NCBI GenBank assembly: GCA_045430295.1
Contig: JAILXX010000006.1
Location: 1 to 64,000 of the forward strand
Origin: Cellvibrionaceae bacterium
Lineage (GTDB): Bacteria; Pseudomonadota; Gammaproteobacteria; Pseudomonadales; JAILXX01
Direction of reading: 5' to 3'
Length of the DNA: 64,000 nt
How positions within the stretch are numbered: the first letter of the stretch is position 1; each line of letters opens with the position of its first letter. A program made the translations under genes and the position numbers. Below are positions 9,734-19,754 of this stretch, piece by piece. Under the pieces are notes generated by a model. It was given only the letters and a program-made list of their open reading frames with translations, was not told the origin of the DNA and searched no databases.

Positions 9734-10298
9734 GCTTTATTTCCCGAAGCCGTTTTATTTTTGTATGAAGCACAGCATATAAAATACCACTGAGTACGCC
9801 AAAAATATGGTATTCAAAAGAAACACCATTCTTTAGAGGTAACAAGCCGAGTGCCATTCCCCCATAAAATACCAGCACGACAGTTGCCATAAAGAAATGC
9901 TTTAAACTCTTATCAACCCATGCCAAAGCTATCAATAATCCCCAAAGTCCAAATATCCAACCACTAGCTCCGATGTGAATAGCAGGCCTACCAAATAACA
10001 ACACCAAAATACCACTGCTCACAATAATAAAAAGACTGGCATAACAATAGAAACGTATGGGTTTTAATAAACACAATGCACTTAATAAACTTAGTCCCGC
10101 AAGATTATTTATTAGATGAGAATGACTATTGTGTATAAAAGGTGCCGTAAATATGTGATACCAACGCTCGAATGATCTGGGAATAACGCCGAGGTATTCT
10201 ATAGGCCAAATCGCTAAAGTCTTAATGATATGCACTACCACTATGACAGTGATTAAAACCGAGAGTAGTTTTATTCTTCCGGCAAGAAATTTTGTCAT
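9726..10298 (-). CDS. Rhomboid-family intramembrane serine protease
   Basis: TM2 F-x-H-x3-H-L-x2-N motif (FIHNSHSHLINN), TM4 GASGWIFG (GxSG catalytic Ser), TM6 catalytic His (YHIFGVLSG). About 6 TM segments. Confidence 0.75.
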   Translation of the reverse strand: MTKFLAGRIKLLSVLITVIVVVHIIKTLAIWPIEYLGVIPRSFERWYHIFTAPFIHNSHSHLINNLAGLSLLSALCLLKPIRFYCYASLFIIVSSGILVLLFGRPAIHIGASGWIFGLWGLLIALAWVDKSLKHFFMATVVLVFYGGMALGLLPLKNGVSFEYHIFGVLSGILYAVLHTKIKRLREIKHA

Positions 10299-13200
10299 TC
10301 TTTACGACTTGTGATTGGTTTTGTCTCTTCTTTTTTAATATCAGCTTCCAAAATTCTTAACTGCTGAGATATGTCACCCATACGGTCATGAGTACGAAGA
10401 TCAATCTCCAGCTTTTTATCCATGGTTCGTACTAGGGGTGAAATGGTATGTTCAATGGTATCGGCCAATACTCTGAGTATTTTATCGATACCTGGAACAG
10501 GCTCATTCACTACTTGTACATTTGCCTTACTCGCCTCTACTGCTGACGTGAGTTTATCCACGACATAGAGCAAGGCATCATTGCTATCTTCATCTTTACT
10601 GTCTTGGGGTTTATCAGCGCTAGTTTTTACCATCGCGGATAGTTCATCAACACCATTTACTAGATCCATCAATTGCGCAACGATTTTTCCACCGGTGTCT
10701 GCACTGTCACCACCCATAGCTTTATTACGTAAAAAGTCCTTCTTTATTTGCTCCCAGCGCTGGTTTTCTTCCTCTGTGATATTGCCTCTTAATTCCGCTA
10801 ATTTCAGTAAGTTATCCTCGGCCCCGGTTGTCAGTAACTGTGCCTCACCCAAGTAATGATCTTGGATCATTTGCATTAATTCTTTCTCATTCATAACCGC
10901 AGAGATTTTTTCAGTCATCTTGTTCATGTTGCGATAACTACCCTGCAGCTTAAAGGCCGGTTCAGTACGGTATTGATCGTTCTGTGCGGCAGATGCGATA
11001 TATTGCTGATTGATTTTCAATACCACATCTTGGACTACAAACATTTTCTTTAAAATTTCAGTGATTTCATTAATCTCAGCACCACTGTATTGGTGACTAA
11101 GATCTGTGGTTACTGCGTCCCCGCCTTTAGCCATATCAATCAGTTTATAAACATCGGCCATTTCTCTCACCGCCAACGGTGCAAGAACTGGGTTAGAAGT
11201 GAGGGCGTTTTCCACATAACTCAATGCAAACTGCTCATCCATGCCACCCAAGATATCACCCAAATTGTAGATGTCGGCACGGTTTGCCAGCATGTCTGGT
11301 ATTTTGAATGCCTCCCCGGATTCGGTATAAGGGTTACCGGCCATAATCACACAGAACTTCCGACCACGCATATCATAGGTTTTTGTTTTCCCCTTCCACA
11401 CACCTTCAATACGACGCGTTCCATCACACAGAGAAATAAATTTCTGTAAAAACTCCGGATGCGTATGCTGAATATCATCCAGATAGAGCATCACGTTATT
11501 GCCCATTTCTAGAGCGAGGTTCAGCTTTTTCAGCTCCTGGCGTGCAGTCGCGTTCGGTGCTTGTTGTGGATCAAGGGATAGCACATCGTGTCCAAGTGAT
11601 GGACAGTTGATCTTCATAAAGATCAATCCTAATCGATTCGCCACATATTCCATCAAGGTCGTTTTACCATAACCAGGGGGCGAGATCATCATTAACAAGC
11701 CCATCAAATCCGTACGCTTGTTTTCTCCCACCGTCCCCATTTGTTTAGCCAAGTTATCCCCTATCAACGCTAAATAAGATTCATTAATCAATCGGTTCCG
11801 AACAAAAGAACTGAGGGGCCTTGGTTTAAACTCTTCTAGGCGTAAAGCTTCTCTTCGTTCACTGATAACATCCTGACGTAGCTGGTGATAACGATGAAAA
11901 CTCGGTACTACTTCATTGTGGTGCTTCTGTAATCGCAGTAAAAAATCATCCAGCGCAAAGCTCAGTTGGCGATTTTGAATAGTGGGGTGATCTCCCAACA
12001 AACCCTCAACGCTAATTTGCAAATCCACTTCAGTACTGCGACGATCAATACGCTCATCCGCATTGATCAATGCTGCGGCTTCTGGAATATACCGAGCGTA
12101 AATTTCCATGCCTTTCTCTTCTACCATAGCCTGTAACCAAGCAATGGAAAGCTTCCAACGCTCCGCAGGCCAACCCAACAATTTCTCCAAGCTTTGTTGA
12201 TAGCGACGCCAAGTAGCATCATCCATGGAGCGTTTCAACTCTTCCACAAGTTCTTGTGCATATTTACTTCCAATAAATTCAAGGCGCTCTTGGGATAGCT
12301 CGGCTACTAGATACTGAGTGGCTCGCTGGATATCTAAGCTTGAAACCTTTATTGGATGAATATCAATAAAGCGCTGCATCTCTGCTGAAACTTCTTCTTT
12401 TAATAAATTCAGTGCTGTACTGCTAGAAAACACCGCCTGCAATTGCGCTGCGGATTGCGCTCGCTCTTGCCAAGATTCGTAAGAAATATTTCCTTTATCA
12501 GTCGGAAATACACTTTTTATATTGGCCCAGAAAACTTGCGCTAGCGCTCGGCTTTTAGGATCAAAACGCAATAGATCGGCACTTTCCATTACCGGCAGAA
12601 TAGCTTGAATTAACAGGCTAGCATCGTGATCATGAATACCTTTTTCATAACCTTCTTTATAACGGGGAGCCGCAAATTGTTTTACTACATTAGCAATGCC
12701 ATCTTCTTCCAATGAGGCTGTTTTTAGAGTTTGCAACGATAGTGAATTTTGTTGTTTCTCTGCAGCTTCCAGAACTAACGAAGCTAAATATTCTGCTCGA
12801 TAGACTTCATTACTTTCAGATTCCAATGGCATTTCCCAATAGGCTTCCATAGATTGCAAGCTGTCATGGTTAATGCTCTCGTAATAGTTAGTTCCTGTTA
12901 GATGGAAATTCAACTCATGATTCCGGGGAATAATAGTCAAATCCAACTCTTGGTTATTCACAGAGAATCGATGACGCGGACCCAATTTAATAACATTGCC
13001 ACCCTCTTCAAAAATATCGCTTTTATCACGCAGTGAGCGCAATGCTTGCTCTTTAATGGCTTTGAAGCGGGATTCAATATCATCTGCTTTTACAGCACTG
13101 TCTAATTCTCGTAACTTCTCTACCTGCTCTCGGATCTTAATAACCAAAGCATCCGAGGCAAAGTAAGTATTCAAATCATCAGCGTCGGTAAACTTTAAGG

Positions 13201-15583
13201 AGCGTTTTTCAATACTGGATAATATACGCCCTGCAGCATCAGTAACCGACTGCGCCTTACGCTGCCTTTCATCCAGTAACTGCTGTTTATGGCTTTCGAA
13301 GGACTCATAGATTTCCTCACGTTTATCCATAATATCTGCGAGAAACTGATCATACTCACTGAACTGACTTTCCAGCTCTTCAAGTTGCACCAGTAAACGT
13401 GACAGCTGCTCATCACATTTTTCCGGTGTTGTCGCCAAACTCAACGCATTAGTGATGCTCTGAGAGAACAATTTGAATTGTGCTCCAAACTGCGCAATGG
13501 CTTCCTCTGAGCCAAGGTTCTTTTGCTTGTGTTTTGCTGTGGCCTTGCTTTGATTAAGCTTTGAGTAAACTTGAGAAATCGCATCAATAATGCGAGTACG
13601 CACAGTGGCATCATCCACCTTTAACGTACCCATCAGCTCAGACAATAAATCCAACCCCATAGCGGTTGATTCGATAACCTCTACAATGGGCTTCAATTGC
13701 GCAATAGTAGTAGCTTCTCCGACATCTTTATTGATACTGTCAATTTTTAATGTGTACGGTTCTAGCGCTTTATCCTCTGAGAGGAAGGAAATGGTTTCTC
13801 CACTGAGATTTTCTTCTAAGCCTCGTAAGGCTTCGCTTAGCTCTTCAATTCTTGAAACATTGATATAACGATATTCTTTAATCGTAGTTAAATGGCCACG
13901 CTGATGTCTAAGCTTAGCCAAGGCTTCCACATACTCTTCCACCGTCTGCCAACTTTCCGGGCGAATCGACTGAACTAATTGCTCCTGATCTCGCTCGGCT
14001 TCCACCATGGTTTTGGCAGACTGCTGACGAATACTTTCAACTTTCTCAAACTCATCAATAACCAGCTCAGAGGTTTCTGAAATCTCTTTCAGGGTACTGG
14101 CAATGGTTGCAGTTTCTTTATCGTCTAACCAGTAATGGTCATCGAAAATCTTTCTTGCAGCTTTACTTAACTCTTCGTATAAGCGTAACGAAACTGACTG
14201 ATTGGAGATCATACGGTAAATACCGTATAAATCTGAAACACCACGGACTAATTCCGAATTACCAATTCGGCCATAGAAACTTTTACTGGCGGGCGCCTTG
14301 CTAGCAAATTCTGTACTTTCATAAGGGGTTTGCCAGATTTGCATAGGATGAACACGTGTAGGTTCTTGTTCCGCTGAAAAAATAACTAAGCGGCCATTTT
14401 CGGCCAGTGCATAACCATGTCCATAGATAGGATTTTGTAATTCCTTTTCAATCAGGTTATAAGCAAATAAACCAACAATGCCCTCTTCTTGCTCATAAAA
14501 TACATAGAGAACATCTTCACCATTAGGGGAACGAATTACACGCTTGAATTTAAGCCCACCTGTATTTTCATCGAAGGTCTTACATTCACCCGTTTGTAAA
14601 TAATAGCCCCCAGGAAAAATTAATCCGTGGTCTTCCGGTAATTGCACACAAGACTCACCAATAGCATCTACACGGATAACACTCTCTGTGAGAGTGTTAT
14701 AAATAAGATACCGCCAATTTTCTTCTCGATAAGGACGAATCTTTAATAGAATCAGGCTTCCAACAGCAGCGTAACTGATTTGACCGTCGTCTAAAGATTG
14801 TGTTTTATCTTCTACGGGCTCTCGGTAAATGCCCAGTCCATCTTCTGTATTATTCTCAATCTTTACCGTTAAATCACCGCCAACAGTTTCTACAAACACC
14901 GTATCGAGAATATTGATATGGGGATGGCGGCCATGAATACTGTCTTCTCGACTTGTTTCGATCCATTCAAAATCATGCTTAGGTGGGAGTTGGATATCTC
15001 GCTCACCTCGATTATCAATATATTGAATAGTTTGGCCGTTTGCAGAAACCGACCAACGAAACACGCGAATATCATCTAGGCGCTCACCAATTTGAAATCC
15101 AGCAAGCAATTTTCCATTTTTAATGGTGAGCTCTATTAACTTAGTATGCTTGTAATAGCGATACAGCTCTTCAAAATCATTAACGAAACTGGCTTGCTTG
15201 AGAAAACTACCATCCAGTGACACAGGTACCATTTCATGGTGACCATTCTCTTCCTTGATATCGAAGAGGGCAAAAACATCTTCTATCTTGGTTTCTTTCT
15301 TTAACCCAATAAAGACGTTATAGCCAAATAAAAGGTGACTACCTACCTGGACAATATCACGAGCGACGCAATTATTTTCTGTACGCACCCGCACACGGGA
15401 AAGCACGTCCATATCGGAGCTACCAAACTCCTCCAAGCGTGCACGATTTAATCCGTTAATTTTTTCCTGAAGTTTATTGCCCTGCTCTTCCAAACGCTTG
15501 CGAATAATTTCATAAGCGCCGCCTTCAGCCACAGCGTTATCCACTAATTCAGCAGATTCAACACCCTTATTTTTCTCTTCCAT
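10295..15583 (-). CDS. Giant 1762-aa protein with a MoxR/AAA_5-type ATPase module (about residues 1280-1480). The long N-terminal region is of unknown type (possibly beta-rich then coiled-coil), and the C-terminal tail is acidic.
   Basis: Walker A PPGYGKTT (encoded at about 11657-11680), Walker B-like MLYLDDIQ, AAA_5-like NPYTESGEAFKIPDMLANRADIY. Overlaps the rhomboid gene by 4 bp. Confidence 0.8.
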   Translation of the reverse strand: MEEKNKGVESAELVDNAVAEGGAYEIIRKRLEEQGNKLQEKINGLNRARLEEFGSSDMDVLSRVRVRTENNCVARDIVQVGSHLLFGYNVFIGLKKETKIEDVFALFDIKEENGHHEMVPVSLDGSFLKQASFVNDFEELYRYYKHTKLIELTIKNGKLLAGFQIGERLDDIRVFRWSVSANGQTIQYIDNRGERDIQLPPKHDFEWIETSREDSIHGRHPHINILDTVFVETVGGDLTVKIENNTEDGLGIYREPVEDKTQSLDDGQISYAAVGSLILLKIRPYREENWRYLIYNTLTESVIRVDAIGESCVQLPEDHGLIFPGGYYLQTGECKTFDENTGGLKFKRVIRSPNGEDVLYVFYEQEEGIVGLFAYNLIEKELQNPIYGHGYALAENGRLVIFSAEQEPTRVHPMQIWQTPYESTEFASKAPASKSFYGRIGNSELVRGVSDLYGIYRMISNQSVSLRLYEELSKAARKIFDDHYWLDDKETATIASTLKEISETSELVIDEFEKVESIRQQSAKTMVEAERDQEQLVQSIRPESWQTVEEYVEALAKLRHQRGHLTTIKEYRYINVSRIEELSEALRGLEENLSGETISFLSEDKALEPYTLKIDSINKDVGEATTIAQLKPIVEVIESTAMGLDLLSELMGTLKVDDATVRTRIIDAISQVYSKLNQSKATAKHKQKNLGSEEAIAQFGAQFKLFSQSITNALSLATTPEKCDEQLSRLLVQLEELESQFSEYDQFLADIMDKREEIYESFESHKQQLLDERQRKAQSVTDAAGRILSSIEKRSLKFTDADDLNTYFASDALVIKIREQVEKLRELDSAVKADDIESRFKAIKEQALRSLRDKSDIFEEGGNVIKLGPRHRFSVNNQELDLTIIPRNHELNFHLTGTNYYESINHDSLQSMEAYWEMPLESESNEVYRAEYLASLVLEAAEKQQNSLSLQTLKTASLEEDGIANVVKQFAAPRYKEGYEKGIHDHDASLLIQAILPVMESADLLRFDPKSRALAQVFWANIKSVFPTDKGNISYESWQERAQSAAQLQAVFSSSTALNLLKEEVSAEMQRFIDIHPIKVSSLDIQRATQYLVAELSQERLEFIGSKYAQELVEELKRSMDDATWRRYQQSLEKLLGWPAERWKLSIAWLQAMVEEKGMEIYARYIPEAAALINADERIDRRSTEVDLQISVEGLLGDHPTIQNRQLSFALDDFLLRLQKHHNEVVPSFHRYHQLRQDVISERREALRLEEFKPRPLSSFVRNRLINESYLALIGDNLAKQMGTVGENKRTDLMGLLMMISPPGYGKTTLMEYVANRLGLIFMKINCPSLGHDVLSLDPQQAPNATARQELKKLNLALEMGNNVMLYLDDIQHTHPEFLQKFISLCDGTRRIEGVWKGKTKTYDMRGRKFCVIMAGNPYTESGEAFKIPDMLANRADIYNLGDILGGMDEQFALSYVENALTSNPVLAPLAVREMADVYKLIDMAKGGDAVTTDLSHQYSGAEINEITEILKKMFVVQDVVLKINQQYIASAAQNDQYRTEPAFKLQGSYRNMNKMTEKISAVMNEKELMQMIQDHYLGEAQLLTTGAEDNLLKLAELRGNITEEENQRWEQIKKDFLRNKAMGGDSADTGGKIVAQLMDLVNGVDELSAMVKTSADKPQDSKDEDSNDALLYVVDKLTSAVEASKANVQVVNEPVPGIDKILRVLADTIEHTISPLVRTMDKKLEIDLRTHDRMGDISQQLRILEADIKKEETKPITSRKE

Positions 15584-15607
15584 ATCACTCTCTCATCAAT
15601 GTTTGTG

Positions 15608-15628
15608 AAAAGCGGGGCCCTGCCCCGC
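15608..15628 (-). terminator. Intra-operon GC-rich hairpin plus U-tract between the flotillin and giant-ATPase genes (candidate attenuator or partial terminator)
   Basis: GCGGGGC-cct-GCCCCGC perfect stem. On the minus-strand RNA it is followed immediately by UUUU (plus-strand AAAA at 15608-15611). Confidence 0.4.
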
Positions 15629-15644
15629 AATTTCCAACAGCAAC

Positions 15645-17597
15645 TTAGCTGTTGGTTTCTTCACTAACAGAGGTGGTTGTGGCTTTAGGGCCAACAAACT
15701 TCTCGATCAAGGTTGAAATGGTATCGCTTTTATCTGCTAAACCATCCACGGCTTTACCGATGGAGAGAGATTTCGCAAAGTTGTTAAAGAAGTGATCTTC
15801 ACCACCCACAATATCGATATTGGCTTTCTGCAGAGCCACCGCCAATACTTCTGCATTTTCTTTGGCAATGTCTTTACCCGCTTCGATAGAGGCCATGGCT
15901 TCTTTCAATGCAGTTTCCAAGCTCATGCGGAATTCTTCGTGGGCACGGGCATCAGTGCTCATGCTATTCATAGCATCAAACTTCTCTACCAAACCATCTG
16001 CTTCAGCCTTAAATTGTTCGCGAGTCACGTCAGCACCCGCCATACCAATTTCTTTCTCAGACTGAGCTTGCGCAAGACCCTTCGCCGCAATTACATCGGC
16101 TTCTGCTTTACCTGTACCCAAGTGTGCATCAGCTTCTGCATCGCCTTTTGCTTTAATAACATTGGCTTCAGCAACACCTTCTTTTTCCAAGGAGTAAGCT
16201 TTGGCTTCCTGTACTTTCGCATCGGCCAAACCTGGAGCAGCTCTTTCTGCTTGAACACCTTCTGCCAATTTCTTCTTAGAGTCAGCTTCTTTTGCAGCAG
16301 CTTCCAGTTGCGCTTGGGCAAGCGTGGTGATTTCAATAGCTTTATGTTTTGCAGAAAGCTCTTCTGCTTCCGCAGCTTTTACTTGCTTAACCTTTTCTTC
16401 ATCTGCTTGTGCTTCCGCAGCCAATACTTGAGTCTGCTTAGCCCGATCCGCTTCAGAAACTTCACGTACTTCTTTAATACGTTCTTCTTCAATGGCTACC
16501 GTTTTATCAACCGCAACACGCTCGCGAATTACATTTGCAATTTCTTTCTTCTCTACTTCAACGGCTTTTTCAGCTTCAATACGTTGTAATTCAACTTCTC
16601 GCTCACGAGAAACAATTTCTAAATCGCGTGCCCTTGTCACTTTTTCCACTTCAATAGCAACAGCACGTTGGCGATTCTGTTCCGCTACTTCAATTTCTCG
16701 CTTCTGATTTTCAGTTTGTACAGACAAATCCTGCTCAACTTGAATAGTCGTCGCTTCGGCTTTACGGCGCTCTTCTTCCTGAACCTTTTTGGTTTCCGCT
16801 TCTTCTCGTGCTCGAATAGTGGCAATTTCTCGCTCTTGCTTAGCTTCTGCATCAGCTTGTTGGCGTTCAAGCTCTAACATAGCCTCTACGGTTTCAACAT
16901 TTTTCTTCTTAATGGCTAATTCTTCATCACGTTCGAAAATATTGGTTTTAACATTTTGATTAGCCGTTAGTTCAGTAATTTTTCGAATACCTTCTGCATC
17001 GAGAATATTTGAAGGATCCAATGAAGCTTTAGGCGTCTGCTCCAAATAATCAATAGCAACGTCTTCCAACACATAGCCGTTTAAATCATCGCCAATAACC
17101 TGAACAATCTTGTCTCTAAATTCCTGACGGTTTTCAAACAATTTCACAAATTCGATTTGTTTACCGACAGTCTTCAGAGCTTCTGAAAATTTTGCATTAA
17201 ATAGCTGATTTACTGCATCTTTATCCGAGGCCCGCCCTGCACCAATGGATTTTGCTACTTTTAATACATCATCAGCAGTCTCATTAACTCGTAAATAGAA
17301 AGCAACTGTGATATCTGCCCGCATGTTATCTGCACAAATCAAACCATCTTTACCACGGCGATCTACCTCCAAAGTAATCAATGAAATTTTCATTAATTCC
17401 CTTTTATAGATAATCGGATACACCAAAGCACCGGTGAAATGTACTTTCGGACGAGCTGTCATATCATTGACAATCAAAGCTGTGCCTTGCTCTACTTTCA
17501 CATAGAAAGCTTTAAACAAAGCCGCAAAGCCCATCAATATAATAAAGGTAATGCCAATTCCAGTTGCGATAGGCATTAATACAGATAAATCAGCCAT
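15645..17597 (-). CDS. Flotillin-like SPFH/band-7 protein (YqiK-like), 650 aa
   Basis: N-terminal TM helix, SPFH core, and a long E/A/K/Q-rich coiled-coil region typical of bacterial flotillins. Confidence 0.8.
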   Translation of the reverse strand: MADLSVLMPIATGIGITFIILMGFAALFKAFYVKVEQGTALIVNDMTARPKVHFTGALVYPIIYKRELMKISLITLEVDRRGKDGLICADNMRADITVAFYLRVNETADDVLKVAKSIGAGRASDKDAVNQLFNAKFSEALKTVGKQIEFVKLFENRQEFRDKIVQVIGDDLNGYVLEDVAIDYLEQTPKASLDPSNILDAEGIRKITELTANQNVKTNIFERDEELAIKKKNVETVEAMLELERQQADAEAKQEREIATIRAREEAETKKVQEEERRKAEATTIQVEQDLSVQTENQKREIEVAEQNRQRAVAIEVEKVTRARDLEIVSREREVELQRIEAEKAVEVEKKEIANVIRERVAVDKTVAIEEERIKEVREVSEADRAKQTQVLAAEAQADEEKVKQVKAAEAEELSAKHKAIEITTLAQAQLEAAAKEADSKKKLAEGVQAERAAPGLADAKVQEAKAYSLEKEGVAEANVIKAKGDAEADAHLGTGKAEADVIAAKGLAQAQSEKEIGMAGADVTREQFKAEADGLVEKFDAMNSMSTDARAHEEFRMSLETALKEAMASIEAGKDIAKENAEVLAVALQKANIDIVGGEDHFFNNFAKSLSIGKAVDGLADKSDTISTLIEKFVGPKATTTSVSEETNS

Positions 17598-17668
17598 AAT
17601 GGTTACTCCGTTTCCGTTTTTTAACGTTATAAAGGCTATTAATATTAATCAGGGAATTTCTGATTCTT

Positions 17669-18361
17669 TTATTTTCCTGCGAATTCATTTTCTGAGATAA
17701 CGCGATAGGCATTCTCCGCTTCTAGTCGCTCAAATAACACTACACGATCACCTTTGCTAAAAGTCTCTTGGTCTGTCGATCTCACTTTCAAAATAAGTCC
17801 AGCACCACCATCTTCTAATATGGCTTCGCCAAAGTTGTTATCAACCTTACTGGTTTTCACAATAGCTGTTTGACCCAGAATATGTTTTATCGTTTGCTGC
17901 TGTGCTTTTTGAAATAAAGGCCTTAGTGGCTTGATTAAAAACGCCGTAATCATCACTGCGATATACAACACACCCACTAATACGGGAATACCTGCTATAA
18001 ACTTCAATAAATTCCCGGGTATAAAGCCAAAGAAGAAGTGAACGATGTAATAGCAGATAAACCAACCAAACAAAGAAACAAACGAAATAATGACAGTAAC
18101 AGGCACACCCTGAAGACCAAAGCGCAACATTAAACCAGCTAGTACATTGGCATTGCTTAAACCGGAATCTGGATTTACATCTAAAGCGCCATCAGCATCG
18201 GGGATATCGAAATCTAATGCATCAATTTCCACAAACCCTAAAACTGCCACCAACCAGTACAAAACTGTGATTGCTAAAAAGAAGGTAAAGAAGGCTGTAG
18301 GAAATGATGAAATATTTTGGTAAAACGGGTTCATATTTTCCGATAACAATATTGCAAACAT
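17669..18361 (-). CDS. YqiJ/NfeD-like membrane protein (flotillin operon partner)
   Basis: Multi-TM N-terminal half plus a C-terminal short NfeD-type beta-barrel-like segment (GEAILEDGGAGLILKVRS...KGDRVVL). Lies immediately upstream of the flotillin gene, as yqiJ-yqiK in E. coli. Confidence 0.6.
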   Translation of the reverse strand: MFAILLSENMNPFYQNISSFPTAFFTFFLAITVLYWLVAVLGFVEIDALDFDIPDADGALDVNPDSGLSNANVLAGLMLRFGLQGVPVTVIISFVSLFGWFICYYIVHFFFGFIPGNLLKFIAGIPVLVGVLYIAVMITAFLIKPLRPLFQKAQQQTIKHILGQTAIVKTSKVDNNFGEAILEDGGAGLILKVRSTDQETFSKGDRVVLFERLEAENAYRVISENEFAGK

Positions 18362-18393
18362 TTCCTACTCCTTTTCTTTTTTTATGATCAGAC

Positions 18394-19080
18394 TTATTTC
18401 TTATTCTTCAGTCTTTCGAGAATATCATCAGCGCTTTTACCCTGTGGGGCAATACCTGCTTTCTCCAGTTTTTCCTGTAAAGAATCCCCATAACTTTCTT
18501 CCGCTAACTCATTAGCCGCTGCCATTTGTGCTGACTTTAACGACTGCTTCTCTTTAATACGCTCCAAAGAATCCATAGCAGTACGCATTTTTGAATTAGA
18601 TCCACTATGCCTTTCCGCGACTGCGGCTTGTGCTCGCTGAACACTTTCAGTGGCTTTTACAGTATCAATCTGCTGCTTGATTCGCTTTAAGTTACTTTCT
18701 GTTTGCTTGATCGCTGTACGTAACTGTTCTGCACTAGCCTCGTAACCTTTACCTGCCTCTTCTTCTTGAGCTAGCTGGTTTTCCAGGTTTGCAATTTTTT
18801 GTGCTACTTCACGGGCTAAATCTTCATCGCCTTTTTCTAGTGCTTTAATTGCATAACCTTCATTTTCTGAAATATTTTTTTTCAAATTTTTAGATTTTTC
18901 TTGGGACAGCTTTTGTCGCGCAATGATTTCTGCCAATGCATCTTTCGATTGCTTTAGTTCTTCACCAGCTTCTCGCACTTCTTGATCCAAGATTCTAAGT
19001 GCTTGGCTATCCACAATAGCTTCGCCTGCTTCATTTACACCACCCTTGAGGGCGGTCATCATTTTTGCCCAAATGTTCAT
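18394..19080 (-). CDS. PspA/IM30 (Vipp1, ESCRT-III superfamily) protein
   Basis: MNIWAKMMTALKGGVNEAGEAIVDSQALRILDQEVREA is a typical PspA N-terminus. All-helical coiled-coil, 228 aa. Strong SD AAGGAG. Confidence 0.8.
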   Translation of the reverse strand: MNIWAKMMTALKGGVNEAGEAIVDSQALRILDQEVREAGEELKQSKDALAEIIARQKLSQEKSKNLKKNISENEGYAIKALEKGDEDLAREVAQKIANLENQLAQEEEAGKGYEASAEQLRTAIKQTESNLKRIKQQIDTVKATESVQRAQAAVAERHSGSNSKMRTAMDSLERIKEKQSLKSAQMAAANELAEESYGDSLQEKLEKAGIAPQGKSADDILERLKNKK

Positions 19081-19115
19081 TGTGTAATCTCCTAATTAAA
19101 TCTATCTCTGTTTAT

Positions 19116-19748
19116 CTAACTGGCTATCTCTACTGGAAATTCTAAAAATTCTGCATAAGCTTCCGTAGCTTGAATTACATTATTTGCTAGCACTTCAATT
19201 TCAAATATCACATTCGACAATTTTGATGTTGAGCTCAACGCACCAAACATATGGTAATAATCTTCATCTTTACCCGTTTTATCCAAGCTAATTGTGGAAA
19301 GCGGGAAGTACTTATGTGTACGTAACACAGTTTCATTAAACAGTGTCACATCTGTCACTTCAGTCACCGACCAAAGTACAGACTCAGCAATAATCTGCTC
19401 TCCTGACACCGTAAGAAAAATCGGTAGCTCACCATAGTTATTCATTACTATGTGTAGCGACGATTCGACACCATCAATCAACTCAATAGTCACTGATCCA
19501 CTGGTAACTAAATCTGTTTCCTGCAATGCCTTCAATAAACTCGTTGTTGTCCAATGATTTGCCGTATCAACCATAAGGCTTTCTCCTTCTAACATATTTC
19601 CTGAAATAGGTAGCCGCAGTGACTTTTCCACCTCGGCCAGACGCCTGGCATTTTCGGGCAGTATCCATACTTCTTTCTTTACAAGTCCCTGTTCCCGCAG
19701 CCGTCGCCGGTATTCCCGTTGGTAGTGTGCTGATGATTTTTTGTTCAT
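19116..19748 (-). CDS. Hypothetical protein, first gene of the operon: basic N-terminus plus possible YjfI/DUF2170-like domain
   Basis: The ORF track gives a TTG start at 19784. The ATG at 19748 is preferred because all three operator-like palindromes then lie outside the CDS. The arrangement mirrors E. coli yjfI-yjfJ (YjfJ is the PspA paralog). Confidence 0.5.
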   Translation of the reverse strand: MNKKSSAHYQREYRRRLREQGLVKKEVWILPENARRLAEVEKSLRLPISGNMLEGESLMVDTANHWTTTSLLKALQETDLVTSGSVTIELIDGVESSLHIVMNNYGELPIFLTVSGEQIIAESVLWSVTEVTDVTLFNETVLRTHKYFPLSTISLDKTGKDEDYYHMFGALSSTSKLSNVIFEIEVLANNVIQATEAYAEFLEFPVEIAS

Positions 19749-19754
19749 GGGTCC

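Noticed and set aside
10581-16877. Numerous 60-265-aa ORFs antisense or out of frame within the giant ATPase and flotillin genes (for example 15792-16589 +, 11090-11449 +)
   Set aside because: They are fully embedded in long, well-supported minus-strand CDSs, and their low-complexity F/S/L-rich translations are typical of antisense reading of E/A/K-rich coiled-coil codons.
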